Below, piece after piece: positions 17,434 through 27,264 of a stretch of DNA of 64,000 nucleotides (positions within the stretch are counted from its first letter, which is position 1; each line of letters begins with the position of its first letter). The notes under the pieces are model-generated. The model did no database searches. It saw only the letters and a list, made by a program, of their open reading frames with translations, and was not told the origin of the DNA. The position numbers and the translations under genes were made by a program. The stretch covers positions 1-64,000 of the IMG/VR virus record IMGVR_UViG_3300027974_000023; one strand, given 5' to 3'. The stretch comes from a virus.

Positions 17434-20400
17434 TTAACATTTAAATGGATCACTTTCAAAACCTAATGCTTGCAGTATTTCTGCATCACTTATATCTTGA
17501 TCACTTAGTTCATTATCTATAGCTGAACCTGGATTTACATATCCAAATTCTTCATACAACCTCTTACTTAAATATACAAATAATTCTTGAGGCATTGAGT
17601 ATGCATTTCCATAACCAGCTTTAGAAAAAGCTACTGATTGATTTTGCATTGCCGTTTTAATGTCTGCAATCTTTCTTTCAACCATTTTTTTGTAGTCATC
17701 ATACTTATCAACAGGGAAAGTTTTCATATTATCACCTGGTTTTAAATCTGTAGGAATTGTTATACTCATTTCACCTGCTAATTTAGCAAATTCAGCTTGA
17801 TTAGTCTCAGGTTTTGCAAACTTAGTTTGTATATCTGTTACAGCAGGATTAGTAATATAGATAACATCTGGATGTTGTTTCAACATATTTCTGTAGTAAT
17901 TAACATCAGCATCTTGATCATTAAAAGTCATCATGTTTTCTACAGAAGTTTCTTCTAGATAATCTTGTTCTTCTACAGCTTCAGTAGCTGGTTGAGTAGC
18001 TTTTTCAAGTCTAACATTTGAATCTATTAAATTACTGTTGTCACTTAACTTAAAAGTTTTAAAATCTAAATTGCTGATATAGTCTTTAAGTCTTCCTTTT
18101 TCAGAACCTCTAGAAATGTTGTTTTGAGTTAGGAATAGGTTATTGAAATCATTTAATACTACCTCACTTGTTGAAGAATCTAACACTTTGATAAATGCTT
18201 CAGATTCTTCTTTTAAGATATTAGCAAAATCTGTGTAATCAACAATACTTGTCAAACTGTATGGAGTTTTATTCAATCCGGATTGGATATAAGCATACAT
18301 TGGAAGTTTGTTAAAGAATTGAGAAATCTCAGTTGCTGCTCCATCTTTGTATCCAAGTTTTCTTAAGTATATCACATCACTTAAGTTTTTAATGTTAGTT
18401 GTGTATAAGTTAGCTTTACTGCTATTTACATCTCTATCATTAAGCTTTAAGTTAGCAATCTTAAGCGTATTCTTATCTCTCAATTCATCATATCCAATTT
18501 TCTTAAGAACTTCAAATCTGTTTGCTAGTCTAGGGTATTTCTCTAAAAGCTCAGTGTATCTTTTTGCATAGTTATTATTCTCATCTTTAAACAAGTGAAA
18601 CAAGTTAAAAGTATTGTCCAAAGCTCTCTCAGCTAAGAATTTTTCATATTCAGCTTTAGTTTCATCTTCTCTTTGAGGGAAGGCACTTCTTAAGTATTCT
18701 CTTTCAGCAACAAATTTTGTATATTCAGATAAGTTACCATTTTTGTTACCAGTGAATGTTCCTGCAGGTAATGGATGAAGACCTAGTTTTTCATAACTGT
18801 TTTCTGCTTCAGATTTAATAGCCCAAGCTTTATCAAGAAACTCTTGTTTTATTCTTGCTTCATCAATGTAAAGAGTACCTTTTTTAACAAAGGCTCCAAT
18901 TACATTTGATTTCATATCCGCTGCAGTCATTTTTGTAGAGTTCAGAGACATGTAGCTATCAGACTTAGTATATTTTCTAATAGCATTTTGCAACAAATAC
19001 ATAACTAAGTCATTTCTGAAAGTAGAGCTAAACAAATCTCTTTTGTTTTCACCTACAGTTTCTTTCATTTCTTGAATGATACTCATTTCTTTGTCCATTA
19101 GATATCTACTGATTGCCTTATGGTATCTTAATTTAAATAAAGGTCTGCCTATTGCAAGGGCCAAAGGACCATTAAAGAAAGAAGATATTACAGAATCTTT
19201 TAAAAACTTTTCTACAAGGTAATTAAGATCTTCATTTTCTGCTAAATTTTCTAAGTTAGATTCAGTTTGTTCAACACCCGCAATTACAGATTTTAAACTT
19301 GTATCAGGATTAGTATTCATTTTAACCTGAGCTATTCCTTTTATCTGATCTTCTATCTGTAAGAAATGTAAGAACATTGCTTTAGAAAGTTCACTGTTTG
19401 CCACAGAAGGATCTTTTTTGTAATCCTTAATCAATTTATACATCTCATCTTGAGAAAATTGTTTATCTCCTACAGCTTCCACTGCTGCTTGATAAATTTT
19501 ATCAGATGCATTTTTGTTAAATGAATATCCAAAACGTCTGCTTAATATGTTTTTAGCTGCATTTATTTTAACACCACCAAATTTTGGAACTTTGTGTAAC
19601 ACTTCAGCATAAGCAGAAGTAATTTCTCTTTGTTCTTTTACATACTCTCTTACTAAAGGTTGTGACACAAAGTAAATAGCTTCTTTGATTGGAACACCTG
19701 CTTTTGCTAAATAAGTAAGTATAGGAGCAACTTCATAGTTACCCTGGATAAAGAATATCCATGCATCTTTTTCAACATCTACCCAGCCATTCATTGCTTG
19801 AGAAAAGATATCTGCAATTTTATTATAGTTATCTGCATCATATCTGTTAGAAAGAGAAATTCTTTTTTCTCCATTAACATCCATTGAATTATGTCTCAAA
19901 GCAAGATTAACTTTTTTAATTATCTCAGCACCTTTGTATTGAGCTGGCATGTAAGCTCCAATTGAATTAAAGAGTACATTGAATGTGTTTTCAATAGCAC
20001 CTAGACCAAGGGTTTTCTTACCTACAATGTTTGACTCATGCTTAAAGATATTATAAGCATTCTCTAATACTCTTGTTGGACTGATCATATCCTTATTTTT
20101 CTTGTTTTTTTGACCTTCAGTCATAAAAGTTTCAAAACGGTTATAATCCATTACATATTGAGATAAATCATCAGCAATCTCTTTAAGTAAGAAAGTACCA
20201 TTTGGTGTAATTAGAGATACATAATTACTTGGTAGCTCAAGAATTTCTTTGATGTCTTTAATTAATTCATTCTCTAAACCAGCTTTTTGAGTTTTGAATA
20301 AAGCTTCAGTTGATTCACCTTTAGCATTAAGCTCAGCTATTTGTTTTTTAATCCATTCATTGCTTTCATAGGTTTTTTCTTTAAGCTTACCAGTCTTGTC

Positions 20401-23400
20401 TATGTTAGTCATAAAGATTGTAAGTTTATCAATATCAAAGTCACCTCCGGACTTAGCAACTATCTCTGCTGGAGGAATGATGATATTACCTGCTTGTGGA
20501 GGTAAGAATTCATACACTTCCATAAACTCCATAGAGTTCAAACCTTGAACTGGAATACGTACACCAACAAGTGTTATTGCTTTTCTGTTAGCACCATCAT
20601 TTGCATCTAACCATGTATCATCTTTGACAGCTCTGTTTAATGTCTTGATATCACCAATGATTTGTCCATTATACTCAAGATTCAACAAGTTAGCATAGTC
20701 CCCCTGTAATGCAATCATAACCTTCATTGCTGCGGTTTTACCATCAGCTCTTTTATGATAGGTAGGAAGACCATTGGTACCTAACCATTTTTTCTTCTCT
20801 TCATCTGTAGGATTTTCAAAAGTAGGCATTCCCGTGAAATTGTTCTCATACAGTGCAGATGAAACTTGAATCAATGGTTCACCTTTTACTTTCTGTTTAA
20901 TCACTCTTTTATTGATAAGAGATAATAACAACTTCTCAATCTTACCTGCTTCCGGGTGGAATGAAAGATCATTTACTAATTCACCTGTCTTAGTTGCATC
21001 AATGAATGAAATGATATCATCACTTAATGCATCTTCTCTTTCCAAATTATCTCTGATTAACATCAATAATTTACCAATACTTTCAGCATCTTTTGGAGTA
21101 TATTCTCCAGGAGTAGTCTCATTATAACCAATTTCATTAAGCAACTCAAGTTTTAATAGCTCAGTATATTCAGATACATCATTTAAATACTTATTTACAA
21201 TATCACTTGTTATTGCTTTGTCATTTTTAGTAGTAATTACTCCTTGCTCATAAAGACCATCCAGTATAAGCTTTCTCATCTGAGTAGAAAAAATTGACTT
21301 ACCCTTATATGACTCATTCATTTCTGTTTGATTCTTCAAGTATTCAGCAAATATTGTATTCTTAGTAAATACAGCATCTTTATTAATTGAGTTGTCTGCA
21401 TTAAAGATATTATCACCTGTTCCAATATGGCCAACTTTTGATCCTGACTCAAATAATACATAATCTATACCATCAACCAACATCTTTTCATGTAAGTCAT
21501 ATAAAGGTGTACCTTCTTTAGCCACCCCTGGTACTATTGGAGCAAGGGAGAATTTATGAAAAGATGTTAAAGTAAGACCCTCAGTTTTCATATTACCAAA
21601 ATACTGTAACTTATATGGGGGAAAGTATTTTATTACATCTTCTATAGTTACATCTTCACCTCTAGAAACTTTCTTGTAAAGTTCTTCTTGTTCATCAGAC
21701 CATTTACCTTCTAAGTTTTTAAGATTTCTATATGCTTCAATAGTAATATGACCTTGACCATCACCAATCTTCATTCCATTGTATTCTCCTAATGCAATAT
21801 CAGCTAGTTTTTCAGCTTGTCTAGCATCTTTTAATCTATCTGTGTAATCAGCAATAAGAGCTTCTCTATATTCATTGAAGTATATAGAATTTTCTTCTCT
21901 TTCTTTTATGATAGCTGTATCCAGTGTACCAGTATAGTCTCTTGGAATAATTAGATCAAGACCTTTGTCTTTTCTTTTTTGATTAAGGGTATTGACATAA
22001 ACTTTTTCTAATGCATTTACATATTGCTGATCTTTAAGATCAACACCAAACCCGCCTCCACCGGAACCTAAACCAGCATTACGCTTGTGGAACTCTTCTT
22101 TCTCATGATTGTATTGAGCAAAGTCACCATAAGCAATTATTGCTGTTTCAAATTTATGAATCCATGAATTATAGTTGTATGCTTTTAGTAAAGCTGTTTC
22201 TTTTTCAGAAGGTTTTAGTTTACTGTCTACTCTTGAAAGTAAACCATTATCAATATACTTAGCTTCATCAAGCATAGATTGACTTTGCTTAGTAAGTGCA
22301 TTAAAGTATTTAACTACATCAGCTTTTACCTTCAATCTTAAATCAACATTGTCTGACAATATATCAAACATATTGAATTTAGCATCTTTTGATTTAGAAG
22401 CTTTGTCTATTATAGCATATAAGTCTGCTTGTGTATCTTCTGTAAGAACATCATCAAATGCAGTAAATGCTGCTCCGGCCATTGTTTCTGTACCTTTGCC
22501 ATCTTTTCTTTTTACAGGTCTATTGTACCCAGCCCAGTTTTCAAATTTAGAATCTGATTGAAATCTAAAAATTCTATTTGCTTCACCAGATAAATAACCT
22601 ACTAAAATATCAAATGCTTTTGATTCACCATAAGTTGGGTTTCCTTCAAAAGCTTCAATATCTACATAAAGTTTAGATGCTTTTTTATCAGCATATGTTT
22701 GAATACCATTCTTAGCAGTTAAACCCATTGCACTTTGTTTAGAAGCATGTCTCATGAACTCTTCTAAACCTTGCAATAACATTGTATGCATTTCTTGTAA
22801 GAACTTGCTTGTTGCATCCATAGAAGCAGTAGATACACCTGTAGTACTGGAATCATTTTCACCAATTACTTGTGTACCCGCCATGTTGTAGATACTTAAT
22901 GCATTCTTCTTTTTCTCTCCTGTTTTAATATCATACATTGAATTAATTAACTTGGAGAATTGTGTATAAGTATTGTTATCTACTGACAACCATCTCATAT
23001 GCTGAAACTTGTTATTTGGATCAGCGTCATCTCTAGTTAATTCTTGCCAGTTTTTACCATAATTTAATGAGGTTACTACTCTTGTAATTGTATTATCAAC
23101 AAAATGTTCCCACACTCTATTTTTTTCAGGACTAAGAGCAGCAAAATTTGAATATGCATCAGAGTTTTGTACTTGTAATTCAGCAAGTTTTTTAATTCTT
23201 GATCTTACATCACCAGCTTTTGTTTTATCCATTTTTAATGACTCATCTAAGCCATCTAATAAATTTTTAACTGGATTTAAAGCAAATTCATAAGCTTTAG
23301 GTTCCGCACGGTTAATATAAACTTGTTGCAATGCATCAAATATATATTGTAAACCATACTCCCTACTGAAATTTTTATCTGCTGTAAGTTCTTTTATAAC

Positions 23401-26400
23401 AGGACTTCCTTGATCTAATTTAATTCCAATTGCATTTAAGAATTTTAATGGTACATCTTTACCTGTTTTTAAACCTTTTGTTTGTGGGTCATAGAATGCT
23501 TTTATAACTGCTTCCACGTTAAGAAGGTTTCTACCAAATTTAGTTTCTTTATCAATGAAGTCACTTACACCTGCATCAGCTAATGTAAAAGAATATTGCC
23601 AGTCTTTTACAACAGATTGTATATCAAATGCACTTGTAGATACTCTTGCTTCATTAGTTATGTTACCTTTTTCATCAGTAACTCTATTAATATTTAACTG
23701 ATTGTAACGGATTCTTGGTTTTTTAAGGTCTTGCCAGAATTTAGTAATTGTATTAAAAGCAATTTTATCAGAGTACTTCTCACTGTCTTTAGCAGGAAGT
23801 AATGTCAATAGTTGAATAAACTCAGGATAATTTTCTTTGTTTGCTTCAATTCTATCATACATTTCATTTTTATCAAATGAACCTTCAAGTACTTTTGCTA
23901 GTCTGTTCCAATTATTATTATAATCTTCTAATTGTTTAAACCCAAACTCATCAACTTCATATACATAACCATTATCATTTGTAATAATCTTGTTATTTTC
24001 ATTTCTTGCTATTTTGAATAAACTACTCAAAACAGTTACAGTCTCAATACTTGCTAAGTCTTTTGAATTAATAGTATTACCACTGTCTGACTTGATGATT
24101 GTTGGGTCTTCTAATGATTCTGTGAAAGTATCATTAAGCAGTTTAAATTTTGAGTTTGCTAAATGGAAAGCTATTACACCTGTTTTTTGTTGCCCAGTAA
24201 CAGATAATTCAGGATCACCAAAACTTTCTATTGTTTTGTTTAACAATTCAATTTTAGCTAATGCATTTTCTTCAGTTATTATATCTTCATCACTAAGCTC
24301 ATCTTTAGCTAGGTTAGAATTTACAATACTTTCAAACTGTGCTACTTTAAGTTTCCATAAATTATCCAACTCAGCTTTAACATTTTTGTACAGTATAACT
24401 CTGTTATTAGTACTACGTAAAAATTTAACAGGACCTGTGGAAGTTTGTCTATCTAAATTGTAATTTTCAAAAACATCTGCTATGATATTATCAATTGTAT
24501 TTGTCATTAATACTGATTCATCAATTGTAAATGGAGCAAAGTCTTTTGCTGCAGTTTTTACAGGAACAATATTATCTTTTAATCTGTTAAGCTGAGTAAA
24601 CATCATGTTCTCAGCATTTGCTTTTAGATTTTGGAATATGTCAGGAGTTGCAGAAGCTCTGTACAACATGTCATACAACTCCCTAACGGATTCAATATCC
24701 CTAGGTCTAGTAGCCATTTCAGTTGTCTTAACTTTTGCAAACATGTTGCGCAAAAAAGCATAAATCCTTTTAAACACTTCTCCAAGAAAACCTTTAGGTG
24801 CTTCTTTCTTGCCTTTACTTTTTGCATAAGATCTGAAATCTTCAGCAATTGCTTCTTCAATATCAATGTAATCTGCTTTAGCCCATTTCTTGTTTGTACG
24901 GAGCTCATTATATAATTTTATTTTTTCATCTTTTGTTAAGAACAACTGTGAGAATGCATGCCAAGATTCATGATACAAATCTACTGCAGTACCTCCATCA
25001 GCTTGATAAAGAGTAATACCTGAACCAGTAAATGTTGCAAATGCATCTGAGTTCACTACTTCAGTAATTCTTTTAAGACTGATTAAATTTTTAGTACTAC
25101 CTGGAGAAAGTCTTTCTTTTTCTTTATTTGCTTCACTGTCTTTATTTAATGGAGAATTTTTCCACCATTTCTCAGCTCTTTCTCTGTCAGCTTTATTTGT
25201 AAACACTCTATCTAAGAAATTAGATACAGATTTTTTTCTGTCTAATTTATCAAAATCAATTTTCTCAGAAGTTTTTGTTGATGGAGTATTTATAATTGCA
25301 CTTCTTGTTTGTATATCTGGTATACCTGGTGTTCTATCTTCTATTATAACTTTATCTGCTGCAGGTTTTGTTATAGTTCTACTTACAGAAGGTTTAGCTG
25401 GTAAATCAGTTTTAGGTTCTTCTGTTTTAATTGGAGTTTTGATTTTATCTGCTGGCTTAAATACTGAGATTCCAAAGTTAGGAACATTAGGGAAGTCAGC
25501 CGGTAAATCAGCAGGTAGACTAAATCCTAAGTAAGCATTTAATCCATTGTAATATGCATTTGTATCACCTGTATACTGAATTTTCATGTATGGTTTAATT
25601 GCATCAAAATGACTCATTTCTTTTGCAATTACTTTATCACCATTAATTTCATAGTCAGTAAAAGGTTTATCTTTATAAGTTTTATTATAATGCACATTTA
25701 ATGGATAAGTTCCAGTAATATTTCCTTGCTTATTCTTTTTTACTTTTCCTTTAAGAAGTGCTTCTTTTATAATTTGTTTTCCTTCTTCACTATATAATAC
25801 ATTTTCTGGTATTGCTTTACCTTTGATTTTAACAACAAGTTCTTTGTTACTATTAAGAACCACTTCAATACTACTTGGTTCACCATCTGTAATAGTAGTA
25901 TTGTAAACAAATACTTCAAAGAATGTTCTTTTATCAGCACCACTAAATTCTTCACCATTAAGCTTACCCTTACTTGTTAAAACATCAGCAATTTTAGCAG
26001 CAAGTGTCTCATCCATATCTGATTTTAGATATACTGTTTGATCTATTTTACCACCTGGTGTTTCAGTACTATAATCAAAAGAAACATATCCTGTTTTAGG
26101 ATGGTATTCATAAGATTTAAGATCTGCTTCTGATAGCTCTGTAAAACTTTTTATTGACTTAGGTGCAGGTACTTTCTCATATGCTCCAAAAGATCCACCT
26201 GTTATAGGAGTAACAATAGCTTTACCTGTTTCACTAACATATTTTCTTAATGCAAATAATTGATTCATCTGCATTTGTTGAGCTTTCTTTATTTCATTAA
26301 CTCTAGTATCAAAAGCAGCTTTTGAATAGTCAGTACCTAACTCTTTTTGCTCTCTTTCAACTATTGATTCAGCATCAAGCAATTGATAAGCATAACCAGA

Positions 26401-27261
26401 CTTATTTTTAAAAAGAAGTCTATTAGTGTCACTTAACTGAGGTTTTCTTATAGTTTGATAGATTATTCTACCATCTTGTGGATTTTCAGTAATCTCACCA
26501 TTTTCTTTAAAATAAACTGGTGAACCATCTGTGTATGTTACAACTCCATAAAGTTCAGTATCTTCTCCTTTATAATATGCTTTATCAGATTCCAATCTAT
26601 AATCATCTGGAAACTGATTAGCTCTCATTATAGTAAGACCAAGTTCTTTACCAGCATAAGTAACAGTATCATCTTCATTTCTGTTCTTAGCAAAATAAAC
26701 TATGTCTCTAATTACTTTGTAAAATAAAGCTTTCTCAGGATCTTTTACATTTTTTTCTGATGTAGTTGATGGATTTACTGCAATTGCTTCTTGACCTGTT
26801 GTAAACATTGGAAATAAAATCCTTGCTGCAGATTTTTGATATTCAGCAACTTTTTCTTCAGGAAGTTCTTCATATGAAACATCTTCCTTATGGTTTAAAA
26901 TATCAGTAACTGTGTCTTCAATTTCATCAGGTGTTATAGGAGCAGGATTTACATAAGTATTTACAGTTTCTAAATTTTCAAAATCTGAACTTAAATCTGC
27001 TAAGGCATCAAAACTAAACTTACTTTGTCTTAGTTTTTTTCTTATTTCTGAATCATTTCCAACCAAATAAAAAATATCAGGAACAGCTTGTGCATATTGT
27101 AAAGCTTTACCTGTATCTTCTGTAGCTTCTAGAACTATTTTATAAAGTTGTTTTATCAATCCCTCTAAATCAAAACTTTCCAAAGTATCAGCTCCAGAAA
27201 GTTTTTTATAAATTAATTGATAAACATCACCAATTTGCTCTTGGGTAAGTGAACATGCCAT
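17434..27261 (-). CDS. virion-associated two-barrel RNA polymerase (crAss-like vRNAP) with zincin domain
   Basis: 3275 aa; catalytic GGDFDIDKL (nt 20428-20442) preceded by VRIPVQGLNSM; HESWH...EEAIAEDF zincin at aa 764. DFDID is the motif known from phi14:2 gp66-type polymerases. Confidence 0.9.
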   Translation of the reverse strand: MACSLTQEQIGDVYQLIYKKLSGADTLESFDLEGLIKQLYKIVLEATEDTGKALQYAQAVPDIFYLVGNDSEIRKKLRQSKFSFDALADLSSDFENLETVNTYVNPAPITPDEIEDTVTDILNHKEDVSYEELPEEKVAEYQKSAARILFPMFTTGQEAIAVNPSTTSEKNVKDPEKALFYKVIRDIVYFAKNRNEDDTVTYAGKELGLTIMRANQFPDDYRLESDKAYYKGEDTELYGVVTYTDGSPVYFKENGEITENPQDGRIIYQTIRKPQLSDTNRLLFKNKSGYAYQLLDAESIVEREQKELGTDYSKAAFDTRVNEIKKAQQMQMNQLFALRKYVSETGKAIVTPITGGSFGAYEKVPAPKSIKSFTELSEADLKSYEYHPKTGYVSFDYSTETPGGKIDQTVYLKSDMDETLAAKIADVLTSKGKLNGEEFSGADKRTFFEVFVYNTTITDGEPSSIEVVLNSNKELVVKIKGKAIPENVLYSEEGKQIIKEALLKGKVKKNKQGNITGTYPLNVHYNKTYKDKPFTDYEINGDKVIAKEMSHFDAIKPYMKIQYTGDTNAYYNGLNAYLGFSLPADLPADFPNVPNFGISVFKPADKIKTPIKTEEPKTDLPAKPSVSRTITKPAADKVIIEDRTPGIPDIQTRSAIINTPSTKTSEKIDFDKLDRKKSVSNFLDRVFTNKADRERAEKWWKNSPLNKDSEANKEKERLSPGSTKNLISLKRITEVVNSDAFATFTGSGITLYQADGGTAVDLYHESWHAFSQLFLTKDEKIKLYNELRTNKKWAKADYIDIEEAIAEDFRSYAKSKGKKEAPKGFLGEVFKRIYAFLRNMFAKVKTTEMATRPRDIESVRELYDMLYRASATPDIFQNLKANAENMMFTQLNRLKDNIVPVKTAAKDFAPFTIDESVLMTNTIDNIIADVFENYNLDRQTSTGPVKFLRSTNNRVILYKNVKAELDNLWKLKVAQFESIVNSNLAKDELSDEDIITEENALAKIELLNKTIESFGDPELSVTGQQKTGVIAFHLANSKFKLLNDTFTESLEDPTIIKSDSGNTINSKDLASIETVTVLSSLFKIARNENNKIITNDNGYVYEVDEFGFKQLEDYNNNWNRLAKVLEGSFDKNEMYDRIEANKENYPEFIQLLTLLPAKDSEKYSDKIAFNTITKFWQDLKKPRIRYNQLNINRVTDEKGNITNEARVSTSAFDIQSVVKDWQYSFTLADAGVSDFIDKETKFGRNLLNVEAVIKAFYDPQTKGLKTGKDVPLKFLNAIGIKLDQGSPVIKELTADKNFSREYGLQYIFDALQQVYINRAEPKAYEFALNPVKNLLDGLDESLKMDKTKAGDVRSRIKKLAELQVQNSDAYSNFAALSPEKNRVWEHFVDNTITRVVTSLNYGKNWQELTRDDADPNNKFQHMRWLSVDNNTYTQFSKLINSMYDIKTGEKKKNALSIYNMAGTQVIGENDSSTTGVSTASMDATSKFLQEMHTMLLQGLEEFMRHASKQSAMGLTAKNGIQTYADKKASKLYVDIEAFEGNPTYGESKAFDILVGYLSGEANRIFRFQSDSKFENWAGYNRPVKRKDGKGTETMAGAAFTAFDDVLTEDTQADLYAIIDKASKSKDAKFNMFDILSDNVDLRLKVKADVVKYFNALTKQSQSMLDEAKYIDNGLLSRVDSKLKPSEKETALLKAYNYNSWIHKFETAIIAYGDFAQYNHEKEEFHKRNAGLGSGGGGFGVDLKDQQYVNALEKVYVNTLNQKRKDKGLDLIIPRDYTGTLDTAIIKEREENSIYFNEYREALIADYTDRLKDARQAEKLADIALGEYNGMKIGDGQGHITIEAYRNLKNLEGKWSDEQEELYKKVSRGEDVTIEDVIKYFPPYKLQYFGNMKTEGLTLTSFHKFSLAPIVPGVAKEGTPLYDLHEKMLVDGIDYVLFESGSKVGHIGTGDNIFNADNSINKDAVFTKNTIFAEYLKNQTEMNESYKGKSIFSTQMRKLILDGLYEQGVITTKNDKAITSDIVNKYLNDVSEYTELLKLELLNEIGYNETTPGEYTPKDAESIGKLLMLIRDNLEREDALSDDIISFIDATKTGELVNDLSFHPEAGKIEKLLLSLINKRVIKQKVKGEPLIQVSSALYENNFTGMPTFENPTDEEKKKWLGTNGLPTYHKRADGKTAAMKVMIALQGDYANLLNLEYNGQIIGDIKTLNRAVKDDTWLDANDGANRKAITLVGVRIPVQGLNSMEFMEVYEFLPPQAGNIIIPPAEIVAKSGGDFDIDKLTIFMTNIDKTGKLKEKTYESNEWIKKQIAELNAKGESTEALFKTQKAGLENELIKDIKEILELPSNYVSLITPNGTFLLKEIADDLSQYVMDYNRFETFMTEGQKNKKNKDMISPTRVLENAYNIFKHESNIVGKKTLGLGAIENTFNVLFNSIGAYMPAQYKGAEIIKKVNLALRHNSMDVNGEKRISLSNRYDADNYNKIADIFSQAMNGWVDVEKDAWIFFIQGNYEVAPILTYLAKAGVPIKEAIYFVSQPLVREYVKEQREITSAYAEVLHKVPKFGGVKINAAKNILSRRFGYSFNKNASDKIYQAAVEAVGDKQFSQDEMYKLIKDYKKDPSVANSELSKAMFLHFLQIEDQIKGIAQVKMNTNPDTSLKSVIAGVEQTESNLENLAENEDLNYLVEKFLKDSVISSFFNGPLALAIGRPLFKLRYHKAISRYLMDKEMSIIQEMKETVGENKRDLFSSTFRNDLVMYLLQNAIRKYTKSDSYMSLNSTKMTAADMKSNVIGAFVKKGTLYIDEARIKQEFLDKAWAIKSEAENSYEKLGLHPLPAGTFTGNKNGNLSEYTKFVAEREYLRSAFPQREDETKAEYEKFLAERALDNTFNLFHLFKDENNNYAKRYTELLEKYPRLANRFEVLKKIGYDELRDKNTLKIANLKLNDRDVNSSKANLYTTNIKNLSDVIYLRKLGYKDGAATEISQFFNKLPMYAYIQSGLNKTPYSLTSIVDYTDFANILKEESEAFIKVLDSSTSEVVLNDFNNLFLTQNNISRGSEKGRLKDYISNLDFKTFKLSDNSNLIDSNVRLEKATQPATEAVEEQDYLEETSVENMMTFNDQDADVNYYRNMLKQHPDVIYITNPAVTDIQTKFAKPETNQAEFAKLAGEMSITIPTDLKPGDNMKTFPVDKYDDYKKMVERKIADIKTAMQNQSVAFSKAGYGNAYSMPQELFVYLSKRLYEEFGYVNPGSAIDNELSDQDISDAEILQALGFESDPFKC

Positions 27262-27264
27262 ATC

